A model generated the notes under the pieces. That model was not told the DNA's origin and did not search any database. It was given only the letters and a program-made list of their open reading frames with translations. Both the position numbers and the translations under genes were made by a program. A stretch of 64,000 nt of DNA from Eledone cirrhosa. Taxonomy: Eukaryota. The stretch lies in the NCBI GenBank assembly GCA_964016885.1, contig OZ024748.1:52390001-52454000 (forward strand), written 5' to 3'. Position 1 is the first letter of the stretch. Each line of letters opens with the position of its first letter. Below, in pieces: positions 1-16,150 of the stretch.

Positions 1-97
1 CCACTCTTGCCTCAAGTGGGAAAACTCCCGTCCAAACCCATGCAAGCGTGGAACACGGACGCTAAACCTGATGATGATGATGATGATGATGATGATA
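1..97 (+). mobile_element. 3' end of a SINE with (GAT)n tail
   Basis: Reverse complement matches 29297-29385; ends AACCCATGCAAGCGTGGAACACGGACGCTAAA plus (TGA)n, as in other copies in the window. Confidence 0.7.
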
Positions 98-185
98 TGT
101 TATATATAACGAAGGAAATGTGGTAAGGAACCAGATGGACCATAACGCACCAAAGTACTCAATACTTAGGGTAGTAGAGTGGGTA

Positions 186-301
186 ATATGAATGAGTAGG
201 GCCCCAACGGCTGAGCTGAAGCCGTTTTGACGGCTAATTCTGGACATAATTAGCCGTCAAAATGGCTTGAGCTCAGCCGTCGGGGTCCTACTCGTTCATA
301 T
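186..301. repeat. 54-bp-arm inverted repeat (hairpin) next to a (TA)n tract
   Basis: Arm 186-239 versus arm 248-301: 5 differences, 8-nt loop. Confidence 0.9.
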
Positions 302-317
302 ATATATATATATATAT

Positions 318-543
318 CATTTCATCATCATCATTTCATTTTACGTCCGCTTTTTTTTCCTTGCTTGCAAGGGTGGGACGGGAACTGATTCTGGCTTGAT
401 TTCTACAGCTGGATGCCCTTCCTAACACCAACCTCATTTACAGTGAGTGCTGGGTGCTTTTTTGCCGTGGCACCTACACGTCCACTTTACAGTGGAAGGA
501 TATGGACCCCAGTCCCTATCATCTCATTTCTACAGCTGAGTAA
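318..543 (-). mobile_element. Partial tRNA-derived SINE (family A)
   Basis: Near-identical to the tail half of the full copies at 50597-50939 and 59521-59854. Confidence 0.8.
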
Positions 544-1580
544 TAGAATAGTGATAGAATAGTAATGGCTTGTGGTGTCTGTTAAAGACAAAGATGAAAT
601 GAATGTGAAAATACACAATGTGAACAATTTGGTAAGAGTGTAAACGAGAGATTGCAGAATGATAGAATGACAAAGAAGGAGGCAAATAGACAGCAAAGTT
701 AGTAATCCAGCTAAATAATAGACCTTTTGACGAATTAACCTTTTTTACACTGATAAGAACAAAGAGATTAATAGATTCTGAATCCAACACAAAGAAATGA
801 TGATGATATCTATGTAATGAAACACTAGTTGATTTGTCTTTTCATTACCAAACATAAATACAAATGTACAAACACAGAGAGAAAGAGAGCAGTAGCAGTA
901 GCAGGAAGAGGAGAAAGAGAAGGAGGTGGAGAAGAAGTAGGAGGCTGGTTGATCAGGAGGAGTGGGAGGAGGTTTTACTGATCAGGAGGAGGTTGGTTGG
1001 TTGGTTGGTTAGTTGATCAGGAGGAGTAGGAGGAGGTTGACTGATCAGGAGGAGAAAATGGTGGAGGAGGTTGGTTGATCAGGAGGAGGAGGGGGAGGGG
1101 AGGAGGTTGGTGGATCAGGAGGAGGAGGTGGATGGGGAGGAGGTTGGTTGATCAGCAGGCAATGCATGCAAGATTATTTTGGTGCTCTGACCCAAGTAAT
1201 ATTGCATGTTCGATTTGCCATGACTACTCTTGTTACAGAAAACATTAAATAAGATTACTTGAAATGCAGTAAATAAGCTTGTTACAGTGTTTCAATGGAG
1301 ATATTATTGGAGACATCTATCTGAAGCATTGTAAAATGCAATAGTGTGTATCAATTATCATTGTTTATGACTTAGAAATAATACAACAATGACTGCTCTC
1401 AAAGTTTCCCTATAAAAGCTAGCATTACTAATTAATATTACTATTAGCCGTAGTTTTCTTTTTATGTTTTATTATGGGTGTTTTATCTCACATAAATTAC
1501 GTTTATCAAAGCCAACCTCTGATAGGAATTCAGAATGTACTGGTGTGTTATATTATATAAACATATACAGGGATATATAG

Positions 1581-1582
<2 letters not shown>

Positions 1583-1628
<46 letters not shown>

Positions 1629-1695
1629 ACATGTATACATATATATATATGTGTGTGTGTGTATGGGTGTGAATATATATGTGTGTGAATGTATG

Positions 1696-1759
<64 letters not shown>

Positions 1760-1859
1760 GGTGTGAATATATATGTGTATGTATGTATGTATATATATAT
1801 GTGTGTGTATGTGTGTGTATATGGGTGTGAATATATATGTGTGTATGTATGTATGTATG

Positions 1860-1892
<33 letters not shown>

Positions 1893-1991
1893 ATATGGGT
1901 GTGAATATATATGCGTGTATGTATGTATATATATATATATACATATGTGTGTGTGTATATGGGTGTGAATATATATGTGTATGTATGTATG

Positions 1992-2030
<39 letters not shown>

Positions 2031-2059
2031 ATGGGTGTGAATATATATGTGTATGTATG

Positions 2060-2106
<47 letters not shown>

Positions 2107-2223
2107 ATGGGTGTGAATATATATGTGTGTGTGAATGTATGTATATATATATATAAATATGTGTGTGTGTGTGTGTGTGTGTGTATATGGGTGTGAATAT
2201 ATATGTGTATGTATGTATGTATG

Positions 2224-2259
<36 letters not shown>

Positions 2260-2367
2260 CATATGGGTGTGAATATATATGTGTATGTATGTATGTATAT
2301 ATATATATATATGTGTGTGTATGTGTGCGAATATGGGTGTGAATATATATGTGTGTATGTATGTATG

Positions 2368-2404
<37 letters not shown>

Positions 2405-2439
2405 ATATGGGTGTGAATATATATGTGTATGTATGTATG

Positions 2440-2482
<43 letters not shown>

Positions 2483-2515
2483 ATGGGTGTGAATATATAT
2501 GTGTATGTATGTATG

Positions 2516-2548
<33 letters not shown>

Positions 2549-2585
2549 ATATGGGTGTGAATGTATATGTGTGTATGTATGTATG

Positions 2586-2635
<50 letters not shown>

Positions 2636-2665
2636 GGTGTGAATATATATGTGTATGTATGTATG

Positions 2666-2710
<45 letters not shown>

Positions 2711-2817
2711 ATGGGTGTGAATATATATGTGTATGTATGTATGTATATATATATATATATATGTGTGTGTATGTGTGCGAATATGGGTGTGAATATATAT
2801 GTGTGTATGTATGTATG

Positions 2818-2854
<37 letters not shown>

Positions 2855-2889
2855 TTGTATATGGGTGTGAATATATATGTGTATGTATG

Positions 2890-2934
<45 letters not shown>

Positions 2935-2964
2935 ATGGGTGTGAATATATATGTGTATGTATGT

Positions 2965-3006
<42 letters not shown>

Positions 3007-3043
3007 ATATGGGTGTGAATGTATATGTGTGTATGTATGTATG

Positions 3044-3095
<52 letters not shown>

Positions 3096-3125
3096 GGTGT
3101 GAATATATATGTGTATGTATGTATG

Positions 3126-3170
<45 letters not shown>

Positions 3171-3261
3171 ATGGGTGTGAATATATATGTGTATGTATGT
3201 ATGTATATATATATGTGTGTGTATGTGTGTGTATATGGGTGTGAATATATATGTGTGTATG

Positions 3262-3312
<51 letters not shown>

Positions 3313-3351
3313 ATATGGGTGTGAATATATATATGTGTATGTATGTATGTA

Positions 3352-3384
<33 letters not shown>

Positions 3385-3470
3385 GTGTGTGTGTGTATAT
3401 GGGTGTGAATATATATGTGTATGTATGTATATATCTATATATGTGTGTGTGTGTGTGTGTATGTGTGTGC
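1583..3470. repeat. Compound (TA)n(TG)n(TATG)n microsatellite array with a higher-order unit anchored by ATGGGTGTGAATATATATG
   Basis: Anchor recurs about every 50-80 bp; explains the H/T/Y/I-rich ORFs. Confidence 0.95.
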
Positions 3471-4016
3471 ATGACCATGAATGTGTATGTGTATATATAC
3501 ACATACACACATTTCAGTAAGAATGTATGAACAGAATGCTGGATTAATGATTAACTTTCTAAACTAACAATATATGATTGATTCATATCACTTGTAGTAG
3601 TAGTAGTAGTGGTGGTGGTGATTGTAGTAGTAGTAGTAGTAGTACTAGTACTGGTAGTGGTGGTGGTGGTGGTAGTAGGCTGAGATCTGATGATGATGAT
3701 AATAATGGGGATAGTTGCTGTGATGCTTATGTTAAACATAACAGAGGTGATGGAAAAAATGATTCATGGCTTTACTTGTATACATGTGTTGATTATACAC
3801 TCACTAATGCATATATATATATCACTAATGCATATATATATATATATATATATACATCTATATACACATGCACATACATATGTGTGTATGGATATATATA
3901 TATATATATATACATACAAACATATGTACATATATGCACACATACATATATATACATGTACATACATATATGAATGCATATAGGTATATATGTGTATGTA
4001 TGTATGTGTATGGGTA

Positions 4017-4091
<75 letters not shown>

Positions 4092-4645
4092 ATACATGTG
4101 TCTGTGAGTGTATATATGTATGTATGCATATAAAGATCAAACCTTTGTGTTAAAAGGTTAGCGTCCATATGCAATAGCAACACTGAGTCACTTCCCCCCT
4201 CAAGCTCGTTATGAAACATCACCTCTTCTCTTCTGTGTTTGGGGTTTGGCTTCATATATTATTTTTCCTCCACCTTCTTAATATTTCCTCCCACACACCT
4301 GTGTTTTACTTTAATTAAAGTTAAAATATATCCCTTTCTTACTTGGGCTTTTTTTTCTTTGGTTTTTTGTTTTTATTTTACTTTTCATTCAATATTTGCA
4401 ATGGAAGGAGATATATTTAGAAACTATTTTCTTGTCAAAGGAAAAATAATTCTGTATCCTTTGTTTAATTTTTGGAAAACCTTTAATGGAGATACGTCTT
4501 GATAAAGCATATGTTAGCTAGCTTTGCCTTGCCTATATACTCTTCATATATGGCTGCATTTAAAAGTCTTTACAGCATTTATATATACTTAACTACATAG
4601 ATGTTATATATAAATACCAACATACAAGTTATGTATAAAGATATA

Positions 4646-4676
<31 letters not shown>

Positions 4677-4735
4677 CCATACACATTCATAAACAGATGT
4701 GTAAAGCAAAATGCATTCATATGTGCACACACATA

Positions 4736-4784
<49 letters not shown>

Positions 4785-5133
4785 CCTAATAAATACATTC
4801 TTTATGTATGTGTGAGTGTTCACATGAGTGAGAGATAGAGAGGAAGATGTAGACAGACAGATAGAGACAGATAGAGGCAGAGAGAGAGAGAGAGAGAGCA
4901 AAGCGGAGAAGGATAGGAAAGAAAAAAGTGTAGTGATTATAAATGTAGATAGGTAAGTAGATGGCTAGATAACAGAATAGATAGATGAAAAGCTATCATA
5001 AATCTACTTAAACAGCTACAAAATTAACACACACATATATGCATATTCATATATAAACCACACACACACACACATATACATATATATACACATATATATG
5101 TACTTATACACACACATATAGATATATATAAAT

Positions 5134-5180
<47 letters not shown>

Positions 5181-5760
5181 TAGATAGATATATATACACA
5201 CACAGACATGCATATATATACATAGACACATACATATATATACACAAACACACATACATATATATACACATACACACACACATACATATATATACACATA
5301 CACACATACATATACACACATACATATATATACACATACACACATATATATACACATAAACACACATACATATATATACACATACACACACATGCATATG
5401 TATACACATACACACATACATATATATACACATACACACATATACACACACATATATATATATATATAATGTTGAACATTCAGGATATTTTTATCAACAT
5501 GACTATGCTGCTTCATGTATATTCCCTTTGGTAAAAATGAAGTAAAAATGGATAAATTAATGAAAACAACAACAAAAAATATTGAACCAAAAACATAAAA
5601 CAGACAAAACAAAAAAAAAAATATAGAATAACAAATAAAAAGTAGTGAAACATACAGCTAATGATATTATTATACAAACATACATGTACCCACAAACATT
5701 CACATACATATATATAACCTACATAACCAGTGCCTAACATCACCTCTTTCTGCATTCTTG

Positions 5761-6900
<1,140 letters not shown>

Positions 6901-7317
6901 CTGCTACAAACAGCTACATTTATGCTCTAGAAACTAGACGAGCACATTAAGTTGCTCAGAGGAGACTGTATGCGAACTGAATAGAATGATGAATTCAAAG
7001 TAATTTACTGTTCATCAAGCAGACATACTTTATTGTAAATTCATAGCACAGGACAACAACAACAACAGCAACAACAACAAGAAATGAAAGAAGAAAAAGA
7101 AAAGTCAAAGTAAAAGAAGGAAAAAAATTACTTATCTGGAGGACAAAAGAGACCATATATACTAATTTGTTGGGCTAAAGATGTTTTGGATAGTCAGATT
7201 GCTAAGTACAGAATATTAATTTAATTAAAAGCCAGATAAGAATCTTCAGACAAACATTTTCTATAGTGCTTTGTTTTGTTTATATATATATGTATGCGTA
7301 TATATATAAATATATAT

Positions 7318-7371
<54 letters not shown>

Positions 7372-7469
7372 ATATATATACGCACACACATATATATATA
7401 TATATACACACACATATATATATATATATACATATAAATATATATACACACACACATATATATATACAC

Positions 7470-7530
<61 letters not shown>

Positions 7531-8149
7531 TATATACACAAATATATACATATAAACATATAAATATATATACATATATATACACAATATATATATATAT
7601 ACTTATAGCATTTCTTCTATTTTTCTTTCTTTTTTGTTTCTTTCTCTATTTCTTTCTTTACTTATGTCTTAGCTAATATTATCAGATATAGAAGAGAGGA
7701 GAAAGGAAGGCCAACTAAGGAAGTAATTGGTAATTCGTACTTGTCAGCCGAGAATCTTAATTGCTAATCCAATGCTTTTGTTAGCTTCTGTGAATGCTTT
7801 GTTGCAGATTTCTTTAATTTTGTCTGCTTGAAAATTCTTGTTAGGAAGAGAAATTCAATTGCTATAAATGAATTTTTATGGTTATTTGTGCTTGACAAAT
7901 GGCATACATGTGTTCTTGTGTCAAAGCACCATCCACCTGGTGTTATAATATACATAACTGATCTCTGTTGGATAACTAAACAAGGTCGCCCAATTGCTGT
8001 TGTTATCTTAGTTCCCAATATTGTTAGTCTTCTTCTTTTTTCCCTCCTCTCCCTCCTCTTTCTTCTCCTCTCTCATTTCTGGGAGGGTCAGGGAGGCAGA
8101 GTTCTCAAATACTAGATATATTCATAAAGGTTAAGTTAATCATGAGAAG

Positions 8150-8690
8150 GTCCTGGGGGCAGAGTCGTTGAATAATTCTTATAACAGGTCCTGTCAGAAA
8201 CAACCACCTCCAACTGATCTGGCTGGATCCCTAAGCAAGAACAACCAAGTTCATGGATGTTATCCAACCATCTTGCTCAAAGTCTACCCCTGGGTCTCCT
8301 GTCATTTGGTTTTACCCATAAAATCTGTCCAGCAATTCTTTCTTGAGACATTCTAACCACAAGCCCATAGTATTTCAGATGTGATCTCTCAATTTGGAAA
8401 AGTAGCAGCTCTAACTGGAGTGATTCTTTTATCTCCAAGCTACACATTCTATCGAGTAACATTATTCCAAATACCCTTCGAAGGAATCCTATTTCAGCCA
8501 CTTGTATTTGCGATCATATTCTTTCAGTCATTAGCCAAGATTCACGACTATAGTTAAGGGTTGGCACGAAGATTGCATTGAAAATAGTGAGTTTGGCAGT
8601 TATGCCTACATCCCTTGTTCTGAATACTAAAGGCTGAAGCTGGCACATTACTGCACTGACTCCTGCAATTCTTACACTTAATTCCAATAC
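8150..8690 (-). mobile_element. RTE-clade LINE 3' relic
   Basis: Translation AEIGFLRRVFG...LKYYGLVVRMSQERIAGQILWVKPNDRRPRGR is typical of the RTE ORF C-terminus; same family as 24244-24625. Confidence 0.8.
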
Positions 8691-9936
8691 CTACTCCATT
8701 TTATGAAAACATTTTCAAGACTCAATTTATGTTAGTGGCTATTATGATACTGTAAACATCAAAATTGATTGATGGTTGTAAACTCATTACAAATAGGTAC
8801 CAGAATTAATACTCTACACCTCATGTAAAAAAAAAGCGCTTTATGTAAAGTCATTAGAGCTAAATGTAAATAACGAGGTTTGCATTAGGAAGGGAATCCA
8901 GCCATAGAAACCAAGTCAGAAACAGTTCTGTATGAGCAAGACATGGTCATCTGATGAAACTTGTCTCACATTGTGACAACTTGCCTAACCAAAAATCCAC
9001 ATTAAATGGTGATGGTGATGATGATGATGATGATTATGGAATGAGACCAGTGTTTTAATATTGTCAGCCCACACTGTAAAGTGGTCATGTGGGTGTCATG
9101 GCCAAAAGCACCCAGCACACACTGTAAATGTGGTTGGCATTAGGAAGGGCATCCAGTCATAGAAACCTAGCCAGAAACAGTCCTATATGAGTAAGATATG
9201 GTCACCTGACCCAACTTGCCTCAAATAAGATACCCATCTAACCCATGCTAACGTGGAAAATGGATGTTAAATGATGATGATTTCTTGATATTTCAACAAG
9301 CTGAAGTTTTATTTCAACCCCACCTAATTTAAGAAGACACTACACAAGGAATAGTGTTGCTTGATACACACAGGTAATACTATCCCTGTTATTACCAGTT
9401 AGCTAAGTAAATAGAAACAATGAGACATTGGTGTTGGGCAGAAAGCTCATATGTTATACTTGTAGCAGCTAAAACCCCTTAAATGTTCTCTACTCAGTGG
9501 AGATGGAATGACAAAGGAAGACAGATAATGATGTACAACATCAGCAGGTTGCTCTACTAACAGCACCATTAGTTGAAAATCTTAAAATGGTGAAAGAGAT
9601 CACATTGTCCTTGGTCTCCAGCCAGAGGTGGACAATGCTGAAGTTCCTTTCACATCCTGACCCCCCTCCCCCACACACACACATTACAAAAGAATGGGGT
9701 CGTTTGGAGAGAAGTAGAATACTATTGTAGAGAGAAAAAAGAAACAAAGGAAAAATAGAAAAGAGATAATGACTGATGGCAAAAAGTGTGTTAAACACAG
9801 AAAGGGAATCCCACTCTTTAGATATAAACTGAGAACATAAGGGTCATAGTCACAGGAATGAGAACATGTCAGTCCCTGAGATATAAGCTGAGAAGATAAG
9901 GTCACAATCCTAGTCTGCCCCTGAGATATAAGCTAA

Positions 9937-11060
9937 CATAAGGTTCACAGTCCCAGTCTGTGTCTCAGATATGAGCAGAGAACATAAGGTTCACAGTCCC
10001 AGTCTGTGTCTCAGATATGAGCAGAGAACATAAGGTTCACAGTCCCAGTCTGTGTCTCAGATATGAGCAGAGAACATAAGGTTCACAGTCTCAGTCTGTG
10101 TCTGAGGTATGAGCAGAGATCATAAGGTTCACAGTCCCAGTCTGTTTCTCAGATATGAGCAGAGAATATAAGGTTCACAGTCCCAGTCTGTGTCTCAGAT
10201 ATGAGCAGAGATCATAAGGTTCACAGTCTCAGTCTGTGTCTGAGGTATGAGCAGAGATCATAAGGTTCACAGTCTCAGTCTGTGTCTGAGGTATGAGCAG
10301 AGATCATAAGGTTCACAGTCCCAGTCTGTTTCTCAGATATGAGCAGAGAATATAAGGTTCACAGTCCCAGTCTGTGTCTCAGATATGAGCAGAGATCATA
10401 AGGTTCACAGTCTCAGTCTGTGTCTGAGGTATGAGCAGAGATCATAAGGTTCACAGTCTCAGTCTGTGTCTGAGGTATGAGCAGAGATCATAAGGTTCAC
10501 AGTCCCAGTCTGTTTCTCAGATATGAGCAGAGAATATAAGGTTCACAGTCCCAGTCTGTGTCTCAGATATGAGCAGAGAATATAAGGTTCACAGTCCCAG
10601 TCTGTGTCTCAGATATGAGCAGAGATCATAAGGTTCACAGTCTCAGTCTGTGTCTGAGGTATGAGCAGAGATCATAAGGTTCACAGTCCCAGTCTGTGTC
10701 TGAGGTATGAGCAGAGATCATAAGGTTCACAGTCCCAGTCTGTTTCTCAGATATGAGCAGAGAACATAAGGTTCACAGTCCCAGTCTGTGTCTCAGATAT
10801 GAGCAGAGAACATAAGGTTCACAGTCCCAGTCTGTGTCTCAGATATGAGCAGAAATCATAAGGTTCACAGTCCCAGTCTGTGTCTGAGGTATGAGCAGAG
10901 ATCATAAGGTTCACAGTCTCAGTCTGTGTCTGAGGTATGAGCAGAGATCATAAGGTTCACAGTCCCAGTCTGTGTCTGAGGTATGAGCAGAGAACATAAG
11001 GTTCACAGTGCCAGTCTGTGTCTGAGGTATAAGCGGAGAACATAAGGTTCATAATCCCAG
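9937..11060. repeat. 46-bp minisatellite, about 24 copies
   Basis: Unit CATAAGGTTCACAGTCCCAGTCTGTGTCTCAGATATGAGCAGAGAA; period 46 (9983 to 10029). Confidence 0.95.
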
Positions 11061-11118
11061 GATATAACCTAAACACACTAATTTCTCTCTCTAACTTATA
11101 ACAGTTGCTTGAAAAAGG

Positions 11119-12136
11119 TAGATTGGCAGAAATACCAGAGTGTCAGGTTAAATAGCATAATGGTATTTGTTCTGGAGCTTTACATTCCTAATTTAAATCC
11201 TGCCAAGGTCAACATTGTCTTTCAACGTTCTGAGGTCGATAAAATAAAGTACCAGTTAAGTGCTGGGGTCAATTTAATCGACTTTCCTCTGCCCCCAAAT
11301 TGTTGGCCTTGAGCTTAAATCAGAAACCATTATATGATAATTTTCTTCAGTCTCTTTACATTCTACGTTCAATTCATGTCAGGATCAATTTTACCTTTCA
11401 CCCTTCAGAAGTTGATAAAATTAAGTATGTTTGAAATAGAGAAAAGGGGAGATACGATCTTAATCAACTATGGTCTTCCACCCCAAATTTGTGTTGTTAT
11501 ACCTACATTAGTTAGCAGAATCAGTAGAGCATCAGACAACATACTTTGTAGTATATAGTTATGTCTCTTTACATTCTGAGTTCAAATCCTGTTAAGGTTG
11601 GCTTTGTTTTCCATCCTTACGGGGGTCAATGAGATCAGGTACCAGTCAAGTACTGGGATTGATGTAATCGACTTACTCCTCCCTAAAAGTCGTTGACTTT
11701 GTACCTAAATCAGAAACCATTATCATAACTTTAACCCTTTAGCATTCACATTACTTTATATATATACTATTATATTTCCACGGTAAAGGCTTTATTTCAC
11801 ATAATATCAAATCTATGAGATTTTGATATTATTTATTTTGAGAACAATACCTTAACATCAGTATGAGTGGCCGGATACAGCCGGTTTGAACAGAAAGAAG
11901 TGAGAGAACTCTGGCCGGATATGGCCGGTTTAAATACTAAAGGGTTAAATGATAATTTTGTGGCATATAGTTACATCTGTTATTTTCTGAATTCAAGTCC
12001 TGCTGAGGTTAACTGTGTCTTTCGTCCTTCTGTTGTCGGTAAAATAAAGTACCAGTCAAGAACTGGGGTTTGATATCAACCAACTTTTCCCTCCCCTAAA
12101 ATGATTGGCCTTGTGCCTAAATTAGAAGCCATTATT
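11119..12136 (+). mobile_element. Cluster of decayed family B SINEs (Nin-like central domain) with a MITE inserted
   Basis: Repeated GAGTTCAAATCC B box, GCCTTTCATCCTT...GGTCGATAAAATAAAGTACC domain and GGCCTTGTGCC...AGAAAC(ATT)n tail. Confidence 0.7.
11731..11948 (+). mobile_element. piggyBac-like MITE, about 215 bp
   Basis: TTAA-CCCTTTAGCATT ... AATACTAAAGGG-TTAA termini; six copies in the window. Confidence 0.8.
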
Positions 12137-13819
12137 GTAGCTTGAGAAATTTTGTTTTAATCTAAGGCAAAATATAGGAAATCTACTGATGAAATTTCAT
12201 TTTGATATCAGTAAGTTGTTTACACAAGACAATATATAAGAACATAACGAATCAATTAAAATCAGGAAGACCTTGTACCATGTAAACAGGATTAAAAAAA
12301 CAATCTTAAAATCCAGACAACAATAACAACTTGAAGGAAATATATTCTTGTGAGATTTATTCTTTTCTGATCTTAGTGCAAAAATTACATTTTGTGTGCT
12401 TGAGTATGTCTATGTATTATGTTCTAACTTTTGTAAATATTTTTTTTTTCTTCTAGTATTTTGCTAAATTTAACCTTAAAATATCAATGTATACCCAGAT
12501 CTAATCTCCAATATTTTTTTCAGATGAACATAACCTTGTAAATAAATATAATGTCCTTCATATTGTCATATTTTTATTACATGTTGTATTCTTTATTTTA
12601 TATATTTTATGTTTTTCTTCAAATGTTTATTCTTTTATTTATGTTTCTTGCTGTGATGCACCAAATGACCCCAGTTTAATGATTTGGCATTTAGTATTAA
12701 TGAATCATATCCTAATTATATATTACATTCTTAACTGACTCCCTCTTTTTAAAAAAAAATGTTATTTTAAACCTTCCCCTTTCCTTCCTTAAATGATTCG
12801 GGGAGAAATTTTTAAAGTGTCTTTTTTTAAAAACTTTGTTGTAGTTATGTTATTTTCTTTATATACAAATTCTAATAATATCATTTTTTTTAATTACTAT
12901 CCCTTTTTATTATATGTGATTTTCTTAACATTATCAGTTTTACATCAAGGAGTAATCTCCATCAGGTAAACAAAACATTCATCTCTTTAGTTATAATAAT
13001 ATAAAGGTTAGTATCCCTAAAAGAGCAATACTATATACAGCTTTATCTGTTACATAAAGATGTAGAGAGACAGAATACATAGCAATAACATAATTTATTT
13101 ACTACAATATATTCAGATATGAAATAATATAAAGACATGCACTAACAGGCATCATATATGCACATTCACATATTCACATACATATAAATACATGCACTAA
13201 TACACATCATATATTTACATACATATGTTTACACACATATTCACACTCATATAAAGGCATGCACTAACACACATTATATATACACACATATATTCACAGA
13301 CATATATTCACACATATAAAGACATGCCTATACACACATCATAAATTCACACACATATAATCACATATATATAAAGGCATGCACTAACACATCATATATC
13401 CACATACTTATACAATGTGTAACCCATAGCATGTCAGTATGATTTAGAAAAAAAACTGGTCCAGTTAGTGTGATACCACACAAGCTACTGATGGATGAGC
13501 CAGTAGCCTGTATCTTAACATTAACATTGCAATCTATATAGCCATAAAAAGATGGAATAACTAACCTTGAAACAACCATAGTAAGCATGTAGACTAACAA
13601 GTAAAGTTAAGAATAAATAAAGGTGATTGTTTGTATCTGTTGATATCAATCAAGTGCAATGTTAATAGAACACCAATTCCAAACACCAGTTCAAACAAAT
13701 ATTTATGTATCTTATCAAGAAAGAATCAACATCTTAGAGACTCATCTACCCTCTTTGAATACCAGATATGTAAATATCTTTCCATAAAATTGTTTTAATA
13801 TGTAATTTAAGACAACAAA

Positions 13820-14165
13820 TTGGCAGAGTCATTAGAACATCCGATAAAATGCTTTGCCATATTCGTTTCTGTACTCTGAGTTCAAATTCCACCAAAGTCG
13901 ACTTTGCATTTCATCCTTTGAAGATCGACAAAAAAAAAATACCAGTCTAGTACCGGGGTCGATTCTTCCTCTATATCTCTTTCTCACTTCCTCTCTCTCA
14001 CTCTCTCTCTATTTCTCTGACTCCTTCTCTGGAAAATATCTGCTGCGTTTTGACCTGGAGAGGGTTGGGCTCTGCCAGGCTTAAAAAATGCCCAAGAAAC
14101 ATCATATGACAGTACAGAATCCCCTATAACTTCATCAAGAATTACCATACTATACTATACCATGT
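13820..14165 (+). mobile_element. SINE family C (B box head, CT-rich middle, LINE-like tail)
   Basis: Similar copies at about 14878-15190, 37060-37350 and 55190-55500. Confidence 0.6.
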
Positions 14166-15679
14166 AATATAAAACTTGGGACTATTAATACAGTATTCAA
14201 CAATGGAAAACAAGGGAAATGGTAAACTCCCTGACTAAATGTATTTCAATATTTACATTTAACCATATATTAAATCCTGTCACAGTTGGCTGTATTTTTT
14301 TTATTAATTAATTAATCTATTTATTGTGTCAATGATATAAACAGAGAAGGAAGCATTTCAGCTGACTCTGCCGTTCCTAAATAAAATTGGTCTCGTGTCA
14401 AAATAAATCAATATTATTTGGATAGTATATGTTATGAAGATAACTAAGATAGTGGAACATTGCAGTATTAAGTTCAGTAGCTTACTGTTCCAAGTTCAAA
14501 TCCCACTGGAGAATTCTTTGCCTGTCATCTCTCAGTAATTAATTACAATTGGTGTAATATTACATTGCTGTCTTTTGTTGGGTTTGTTTTTCACATTAAA
14601 ACAACTTGTTATACACTATTGCAAATCAAGCAAAAATATGTTTATATTTAAGTACAACAACAACAACAACAACACCACCACCACCACCACCACCCCTAAG
14701 TACACACCAACTAGGTCAGTACACTGATAAATCTTAGATATATGTATTTCTCCAAATTAGGTTTGGGACCTTAGATACACATGTGTTATACATTCATATT
14801 CCATGTTTGTATGAGAAGGATGGATTTTAATGGAGGAATTGTTTTTAAAGACGGATACTCTCAATAACAGCAGGGATTTGGCAGAGTCATTAGAATGCTG
14901 GATACAGTGCTTCACAGTATTCATTTTGACTCTCTACTCTCTGAGTTCAAATCCCATCATGGTCAACTTTGCCTTTCATCCATTCAAGATCATTAAAAAA
15001 AGATCTTCCCTCTATATCTCTTTCTCACTTCCATTCCTACACCCTATACCCTTCTCTGGAAGGAATCTACTTTATTCAGAATTGAAGAGGATTGGGCTCC
15101 ATCAGGTTTTAAAATGCTCTAGAAATATTGCATGTGAATACAGCATCCCTAGGACTCCATTAGGAGTTACGGGACCATACCATACCACCCCCAATATATC
15201 ATCATAAGCCTCATTTCTAAATCTATGTTTATTTTTTCCAGACACTCTTCTTGACACCAAACCCATACACTATTCAAAGTATGGTACATACTACTGGTAC
15301 ATTGTTAAACCACTACTCAACTCATCTCCCTATCATCATATATAGAGCCTTTGTAAATGTATATTTAACAGAAAGCTCCTTTAGCTTCCATACTCCACAT
15401 CTCCATATTTTTCTACAAATCTTGTTCCATATTATTGGGGAAATTTTGCAATTGAATAATATCCCACCATGTGGTTCCCATTCAGATCAAGGTACATTTT
15501 GGCCCCTGAGAGCGACATGACTTAGCGAAGTCCACAACAAAGATGTTTTAAGATATGTCATTAAAGCTTACAGCTGTATATGAGAGGGATATTTAAATAA
15601 TTAATATGCAAAGAGTTGAGTATGTGTGACATCTGAATGAGCATCTTCCACCAACTAACTTACTCTCCACCTCTTTGTC

Positions 15680-16150
15680 CCAACCGACAGGATGGAATAT
15701 AAATTGCCCTGGAGGTTGGTGCAAGAAATGTGCTGGAACAACCACTCCACATTGCGAGGATCATACCTGTGGTAGCTAACTCCACTTTGATAGCAATAAG
15801 CAGGGATGTGGTCCAGGGGCCAAGAATGCAAAAAGTCTCCACTGCTACTGGCTCTACCACAAACCTATCAGAAAGCAGAATATACTTGGACAGCTTGCCC
15901 TCTTTGGCCTGGAAGGCAACAGATCCTGGGCTGGTAGCTGAATGCACCAGGTTGCTACTAGAGAAGGTGTCACAGCATGTAGCATCCCAAATGTGGGGTC
16001 TACTCCTGTAGATCAGGGGGAGTGTCATGCTATCTGGCCTTTTACCATTCCTTCTGTCCATCCCCGCTGACTCGAGCTGGGAAAAGAAGCTTGCACCATC
16101 CAGGCCATGCTTTATGATCTCATTGAGAGCAGCATGACAAGTGGCATCTA
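15680..16150 (-). mobile_element. CRE/R2-like non-LTR retrotransposon relic (restriction-like endonuclease domain)
   Basis: Translation HAALNEII...GKRPDSMTL...IWDATCCDT...AKEGKLSKY...EPVAVETFCILG matches the RPD...D...K..KY REL motif. Confidence 0.8.

Noticed and set aside
1483-3530. 675-aa and 651-aa ORFs, and the many other HTYI/VCMY-rich ORFs in the window
   Set aside because: Translations of TA/TG/CA microsatellites that lack stop codons
9937-11060. CRISPR-like appearance of the 37-60 bp arrays
   Set aside because: Head-to-tail repeats with no unique spacers, no cas genes, eukaryotic context
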